NCBI GenBank assembly: GCA_002307095.1
Contig: DBTO01000125.1
Span: 1 to 34,773, forward strand
Direction: 5' to 3'
Origin: Sulfurospirillum sp. UBA1314
GTDB taxonomy: Bacteria; Campylobacterota; Campylobacteria; Campylobacterales; Sulfurospirillaceae
Length of the DNA: 34,773 nucleotides
The position numbers and the translations under genes were made by a program. This document shows, piece by piece, positions 30,418 through 34,773 of this stretch. The notes below the pieces were generated by a model, which saw only the letters and a list, made by a program, of their open reading frames with translations, was not told where the DNA came from and did no database searches. The number at the start of each line of letters is the position of its first letter. The stretch's first letter is position 1.

Positions 30418-31056
30418 TTAGGTATTGCGTCGTTGCTCAAGCGCAAGGCGAATGGCTAATGTGACTAATACCAAACCCATGAAATAACGTTGAATAGCGA
30501 GCCATGTTGGATTTTGAGAAAACCAAGAGGCGATACCTGCTGCTGAGAGTGTAATGAGAAGGTTAATTGAAAAGCTTATGGCAATTTGTATCAATCCAAG
30601 CATAATGCTCTGAGAAAAGAGGGAGCCGTACTGTGTTGAAATAAATTGTGGGAGAATGGCTAAGTAAAACACTGCAATTTTAGGATTAAGCACATTGGTA
30701 AGAAATCCCATCAAAAAGAGTTTGGAAGGTGGATCAAATGGAAGATTTTTCGCTTCAAAGGGTGAGCGAGCACCTGGTCGGACAGCTTGCCATGCCAACC
30801 AAAGTAAGTAGAGCGCACCCGCCCATTTAAGGATTTCATAGGCAAGAGGAATGGCAAGAAAGAGCGCCGTTAAGCCAATTGCTGCCGCAAACATATGGAT
30901 GAGAAAACCTGCAATCACGCCCACTAATGAGATGATACCTGCTTTGTACCCCTGAGCGATAGACCGCGAGATCAAATAAATCATATTTGGACCAGGTGTT
31001 AAAACCATCAGCAGCGCTGCTCCTGCGAATAAAGCCAATTCATTCAGTGGAATCAT
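30418..31056 (-). CDS. LysE/RhtB family translocator
   Basis: TPGPNM, LKWAGALYL and GFLTN.LNPK motifs. Start moved to 31056 (AAGGAG RBS). Confidence 0.9.
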   Translation of the reverse strand: MIPLNELALFAGAALLMVLTPGPNMIYLISRSIAQGYKAGIISLVGVIAGFLIHMFAAAIGLTALFLAIPLAYEILKWAGALYLLWLAWQAVRPGARSPFEAKNLPFDPPSKLFLMGFLTNVLNPKIAVFYLAILPQFISTQYGSLFSQSIMLGLIQIAISFSINLLITLSAAGIASWFSQNPTWLAIQRYFMGLVLVTLAIRLALEQRRNT

Positions 31057-31328
31057 ATATTTCTCCTTAAATATGTCCTTAGTGATTAACACCAAAGTAT
31101 AATTAGAATAATCTGAATGTTAATCTAAAATCGTTTGATAATCTTTACATGTAAAGATTACAGCCTACCTATCATCTTCAAAATCTCAACGTGTTGCATC
31201 ATTGTAATAGAATTATCACAATAGAACAATCCAAAAATTGCTCCGATAAAACTAAGTTGGCAATTTTTGGATTGAGTGAAAGAACATTTATGGCTAAACT
31301 GTCTTTCATCAACCCCAAAGGAGATCAG

Positions 31329-32591
31329 ATGAGTTTTATCAACAATGATCGTTTAGCCACAGCCGATGACGCCGTTTTTAGGATTTTGCAAAATGAGTTT
31401 GAGAGGCAAGCTACGCATCTTGAGATGATCGCGAGTGAGAATTTTACCTCGCGTGCGGTTATGGAAGCAACAGGAAGTATTTTTACCAATAAATATGCTG
31501 AGGGTTACCCACAAAAGCGCTACTACAACGGTTGTGAATGTGCGGATGCGGTCGAGCAACTTGCTATTGACAGACTGTGTGAGATTTTTGGATGTACCTA
31601 TGCCAATGTGCAACCGCACTCAGGTAGCCAAGCCAATGGTGCGGTGTATGCGGCACTTTTGAATGCAAACGATAAAATATTGGGTATGGATTTGCAACAA
31701 GGTGGTCACTTAACGCACGGTGCAAAAGTGAGTTTCTCAGGTAAAAATTATCAATCGTTTAGCTATGGTGTCGATGCAAATGGCTATATTGATTATGCCA
31801 AGGTTTTGGAGATCGCGAAAATCGTCAAGCCTAAGATGATCGTTTGCGGTGCTTCGGCGTATGCGCGTGAGCTTGATTTTGCAGCATTTCGTGAGATTGC
31901 GGATGCGGTGGGAGCGATATTAGTGGCTGACATCGCGCACATTGCGGGTCTGGTTGCCGCAGGTGAGCACAGGAGCCCTTTTCCGCATGCGCATGTTGTC
32001 ACTTCAACGACGCACAAAACATTGCGCGGTCCTAGGGGTGGTGTGATTATGACAAACGATGAAGCGCTATCTAAAAAGATCAACGCGGCTATTTTCCCAG
32101 GCATCCAAGGCGGTCCTTTGTTGCACGTTATCGCGGCAAAAGCAGTGGCGTTTGGTGAAGTGTTAAAGCCGCAGTGGAAAGATTACGCCAAGCAAGTCAA
32201 ACGTAATGCCAGCGTTTTAGGCGAGGTCATGCTTGAGCGAGGCTTTGATTTGGTCAGTGGTGGAACCGATAACCATCTGATTTTGGTATCATTACTGAAC
32301 AAAGATTTTTCAGGCGAAGAGGCGAGCACCGCCTTGGAAAATGCAGGTATAACCGTGAATAAAAACAGTGTTCCTAACGATACGAGAAGTGCAAAGTTGA
32401 CCTCAGGTATCCGCATCGGATCTGCGGCATTAACGACGTTGGGGTTGAGAGAAAAAGAGTTTGAGTTGATCGCGCACCGCATTTGCGATGTGTTGAAAAA
32501 TATTCACGATTTAGCTTTACATGTAAAGATCAAAAAAGAGTTGGTTGCACTTTTGCAAAACTTCCGCGTGTATGAAAGTGCGACGTATTAA
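31329..32591 (+). CDS. glyA: Serine hydroxymethyltransferase (ada-linked copy)
   Basis: [35 protein letters not shown] and [12 protein letters not shown] motifs. Start moved to 31329 (AAGGAG RBS), giving 420 aa. Confidence 0.95.
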   Translation: MSFINNDRLATADDAVFRILQNEFERQATHLEMIASENFTSRAVMEATGSIFTNKYAEGYPQKRYYNGCECADAVEQLAIDRLCEIFGCTYANVQPHSGSQANGAVYAALLNANDKILGMDLQQGGHLTHGAKVSFSGKNYQSFSYGVDANGYIDYAKVLEIAKIVKPKMIVCGASAYARELDFAAFREIADAVGAILVADIAHIAGLVAAGEHRSPFPHAHVVTSTTHKTLRGPRGGVIMTNDEALSKKINAAIFPGIQGGPLLHVIAAKAVAFGEVLKPQWKDYAKQVKRNASVLGEVMLERGFDLVSGGTDNHLILVSLLNKDFSGEEASTALENAGITVNKNSVPNDTRSAKLTSGIRIGSAALTTLGLREKEFELIAHRICDVLKNIHDLALHVKIKKELVALLQNFRVYESATY

Positions 32592-32617
32592 ATGACAAAA
32601 TGACGAAGGAGGGCGCG

Positions 32618-33898
32618 ATGAGAGAGATGGAAGCGTTGCATACCAATTATCAGTTGATTGAAAAAGCGATCAAATACATCGATGCGCATTTTAAAGAACA
32701 GCCCTCCATCGATGTGATTGCCAGCAGTATCGGCATGAGCAAATACCATTTTATCCGCGTGTTTAAAGAGTATGTGGGCGTGACACCCAAACAGTTTTTG
32801 CACTCGGTGACGCTCAATTACGCCAAAGAGCACATCAAAGAGTCCAAGTCCATTTTAGACAGTACCTTGGACATTGGGCTCTCGAGTGTCAGTAGACTGC
32901 ATGAACTTTTTGTCAATTTGATTGGCGTTACGCCCAAAGAGTGGCGCGAAAAAGGGAAAGATGTCATCATCACGTATGGTTTTGGCATCACCCCTTTTGG
33001 GGAAGCGTTGATCGCTTATACCGACAAGGGCATTTGTTATTTAGGGTTTATTGACCAAAACAAAGAGGCGATTTTTACGCGGTTTAAAGAGCTGTGGGAA
33101 AATGCCAATTTGGTGCATGATGATCTCAAAGCACAGACCTATTTAGAAAATATTTTCATCAACAATCAAAAATACAATCTTTTGGTCAAAGGAACGAACC
33201 TACAGATCAATGTCTGGAAAGCGCTTTTGAACCTTCCCAATGGGGCAGTCACGACCTATCAAGACATCGCCAATTTCATCGACCAACCCAATGCGGTGCG
33301 AGCCGTAGCCAGTGCCATCGGGAAAAATCACATCGGCTATCTCATTCCGTGTCACCGTGTCATTGCTAAAAGTGGCGCGATGAGTGGGTACAGTTGGGGC
33401 ATTGAGCGCAAAAAAATCCTGATCGCGTACGAATCCGCTTACAAGCCAAATCCGACAGATTTTAGGATTGCAACGATCGAAGATATCCCCAATATTTGCC
33501 AATTTCTGCATGCTACTTTTCCAAAGACTGCGCACAATAGGGCAAAAATCGTCTCTGAGATGCTTCAAAACGCGAATACCCATGCTATTTTTCTTGCTGT
33601 ACAAGAGACAAATATCATAGGAATGGTGCCTGTTGTGTACCACGTATCGCTTGCATCGGGGGAAACGGTAGCAATGCTTGAAGATGTGATAGTGGATGAA
33701 GTCACCTCATATCCGTCTCTTGAGAAAGAGTTGCTCACATTTGCCATCGCTTCATGCACGAAAATGGGCTGCCAAGAGCTAAGGCTATGGGCAAAAGAGG
33801 CGTCTGTTTATGGGCTCTATGAAGAACTTGGATTTGAAAAATCGCAGAACGAATGGTTCAAATTGTCTTTACATGTAAAGGTTACTTCTCCCTTTTAA
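32618..33898 (+). CDS. ada: AraC-HTH / methylated-DNA-protein-cysteine methyltransferase (Ada-like) with a C-terminal GNAT-like extension
   Basis: HF.R.FK..VG.TPK HTH; GT..Q..VW, RAVASA and IPCHRVI methyltransferase motifs; about 145 extra C-terminal residues. AAGGAGG RBS before 32618. Confidence 0.85.
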   Translation: MREMEALHTNYQLIEKAIKYIDAHFKEQPSIDVIASSIGMSKYHFIRVFKEYVGVTPKQFLHSVTLNYAKEHIKESKSILDSTLDIGLSSVSRLHELFVNLIGVTPKEWREKGKDVIITYGFGITPFGEALIAYTDKGICYLGFIDQNKEAIFTRFKELWENANLVHDDLKAQTYLENIFINNQKYNLLVKGTNLQINVWKALLNLPNGAVTTYQDIANFIDQPNAVRAVASAIGKNHIGYLIPCHRVIAKSGAMSGYSWGIERKKILIAYESAYKPNPTDFRIATIEDIPNICQFLHATFPKTAHNRAKIVSEMLQNANTHAIFLAVQETNIIGMVPVVYHVSLASGETVAMLEDVIVDEVTSYPSLEKELLTFAIASCTKMGCQELRLWAKEASVYGLYEELGFEKSQNEWFKLSLHVKVTSPF

Positions 33899-34010
33899 CC
33901 CTTCGAAATTTTCGTCAAAAAGTCACTCCCGATGAAAAAATATACACGCTTGTAACTGTATCGCAATCAATGGATAGGTATAATGTCACACAGCTTTTCA
34001 AGGGGGAACT

Positions 34011-34773
34011 ATGTCATTTAAAGGGAAAATTATCGGAACACTCTGCGTTTTGATGTTTTTAAGTCTGAGTATTTTTAGCTTTATCAGCTATTTCGATACG
34101 AAAAACAACAGCGTTATTCAAACGGAAAACAGTCTAAAAATGGCATCACGCGCGCTGAGCGATTATATTGATGTGTGGCTTGCCGGTAAAAAAAGTGGCA
34201 TGGAAAGCAGTGCAAGGTATCTGACCAACATTCAGACCATGGAAAAATCAGAGATTATCGCTATTTTGCAAGAGACTACTAAAACTTTGGGTGGTTTTGA
34301 TACCACGGTGGGGTTGGAAGATGGCAGTGCGATGACAGGAACAGGAACGCCGTTATCGGCTGGGTACGATCCTCGCGTGAGAGGCTGGTACAAAACCATC
34401 AAAGCTTCCGGAAAAGTTGGTGTTACCGATGCTTACATCGATGCAACAACCAACAAACTGATCGTTTCGATTATGGCTCCGATCATGAAAGAGGGCAAAT
34501 ATGTGGGCGGTGTCATTTTAGATATTGCGCTTGACACTCTGACCAAAGCGACTGCTGATGTTAATTTTAATGGCGGTTATGGGATGCTGTTTGATACCGC
34601 AGGCATTGTGATCGCGCACCCCAATAAAGAGATGTACGGAAAAGAGCTTTCAAAATTTTTGCCAGAGCTCACCCAACAGATCAAAGGCAAAAGCGATGGG
34701 TTGGTCGAGTATCAGCTCAACAATGAGAGCAAAATCTTCGCGTTTAAAGTTTCCAAAGAAGCAGGCTGGACAC
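34011..34773 (+). CDS. dCache_1 sensor protein, probably a methyl-accepting chemotaxis protein; 3'-truncated and absent from the ORF track
   Basis: Manual translation from ATG 34011 (GGGGGA RBS): MSFKGKIIGTL, a TM segment, then YDPRVRGWY, AYIDA, GGVILD and IAHP. Open to the window end. Confidence 0.85.
   Translation, partial: MSFKGKIIGTLCVLMFLSLSIFSFISYFDTKNNSVIQTENSLKMASRALSDYIDVWLAGKKSGMESSARYLTNIQTMEKSEIIAILQETTKTLGGFDTTVGLEDGSAMTGTGTPLSAGYDPRVRGWYKTIKASGKVGVTDAYIDATTNKLIVSIMAPIMKEGKYVGGVILDIALDTLTKATADVNFNGGYGMLFDTAGIVIAHPNKEMYGKELSKFLPELTQQIKGKSDGLVEYQLNNESKIFAFKVSKEAGWT

Larger units (their letters stand above)
2864..33879. repeat. Dispersed highly iterated palindrome (T)TTACATGTAA(A), 21 copies
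   Basis: Full 12-mers start at 2864, 8299, 8877, 10797, 15030, 15659, 17059, 17080, 23346, 24018, 25375, 25976, 28481, 30343, 31144, 32516 and 33868. Copies matching 11/12 have the 10-mer core at 8171, 8777, 22011 and 23229. Confidence 0.95.

Noticed and set aside
31191-31328. 46-aa N-terminal extension of GlyA
   Set aside because: Not SHMT-like; an AAGGAG RBS precedes ATG 31329, which gives a normal length.
2864-33879. TTTACATGTAAA as CRISPR repeats, IS ends or integron attC sites
   Set aside because: Spacing is irregular, the unit is only 10-14 bp, many copies are in-frame within genes, and no cas, transposase or integrase gene is present.

Overview
Chromosomal window from what looks like a free-living Campylobacterota bacterium (Sulfurospirillum-like; inferred from gene content and TGnTATAAT promoters). 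Left to right: the 3' part of a giant RTX/VCBS adhesin coupled to a LapG-like cysteine protease; two convergent amidoligase-type operons (transglutaminase-DUF2126, circularly permuted ATP-grasp, alpha-E, transglutaminases, two M14 peptidase homologues) with a higBA toxin-antitoxin pair and a membrane-protein gene between them; a putative transporter; an AT-rich orphan with a HEPN-like motif; a ThrE exporter pair; hemerythrin; a cadC-cadA-type metal efflux pair; an MCP; a LysE exporter; glyA-ada(-GNAT); and a truncated dCache chemoreceptor. The most striking signal is not a gene. The palindrome (T)TTACATGTAA(A) occurs 21 times by manual count (17 full 12-mers). It sits in almost every intergenic gap, reads as Leu-His-Val in all 9 coding copies, and forms a double-copy hairpin between convergent genes, like a highly iterated palindrome or DNA uptake sequence. 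The second theme is that the amidoligase locus is built from catalytic/non-catalytic paralogue pairs. All calls are from manual reading; no database search was run.
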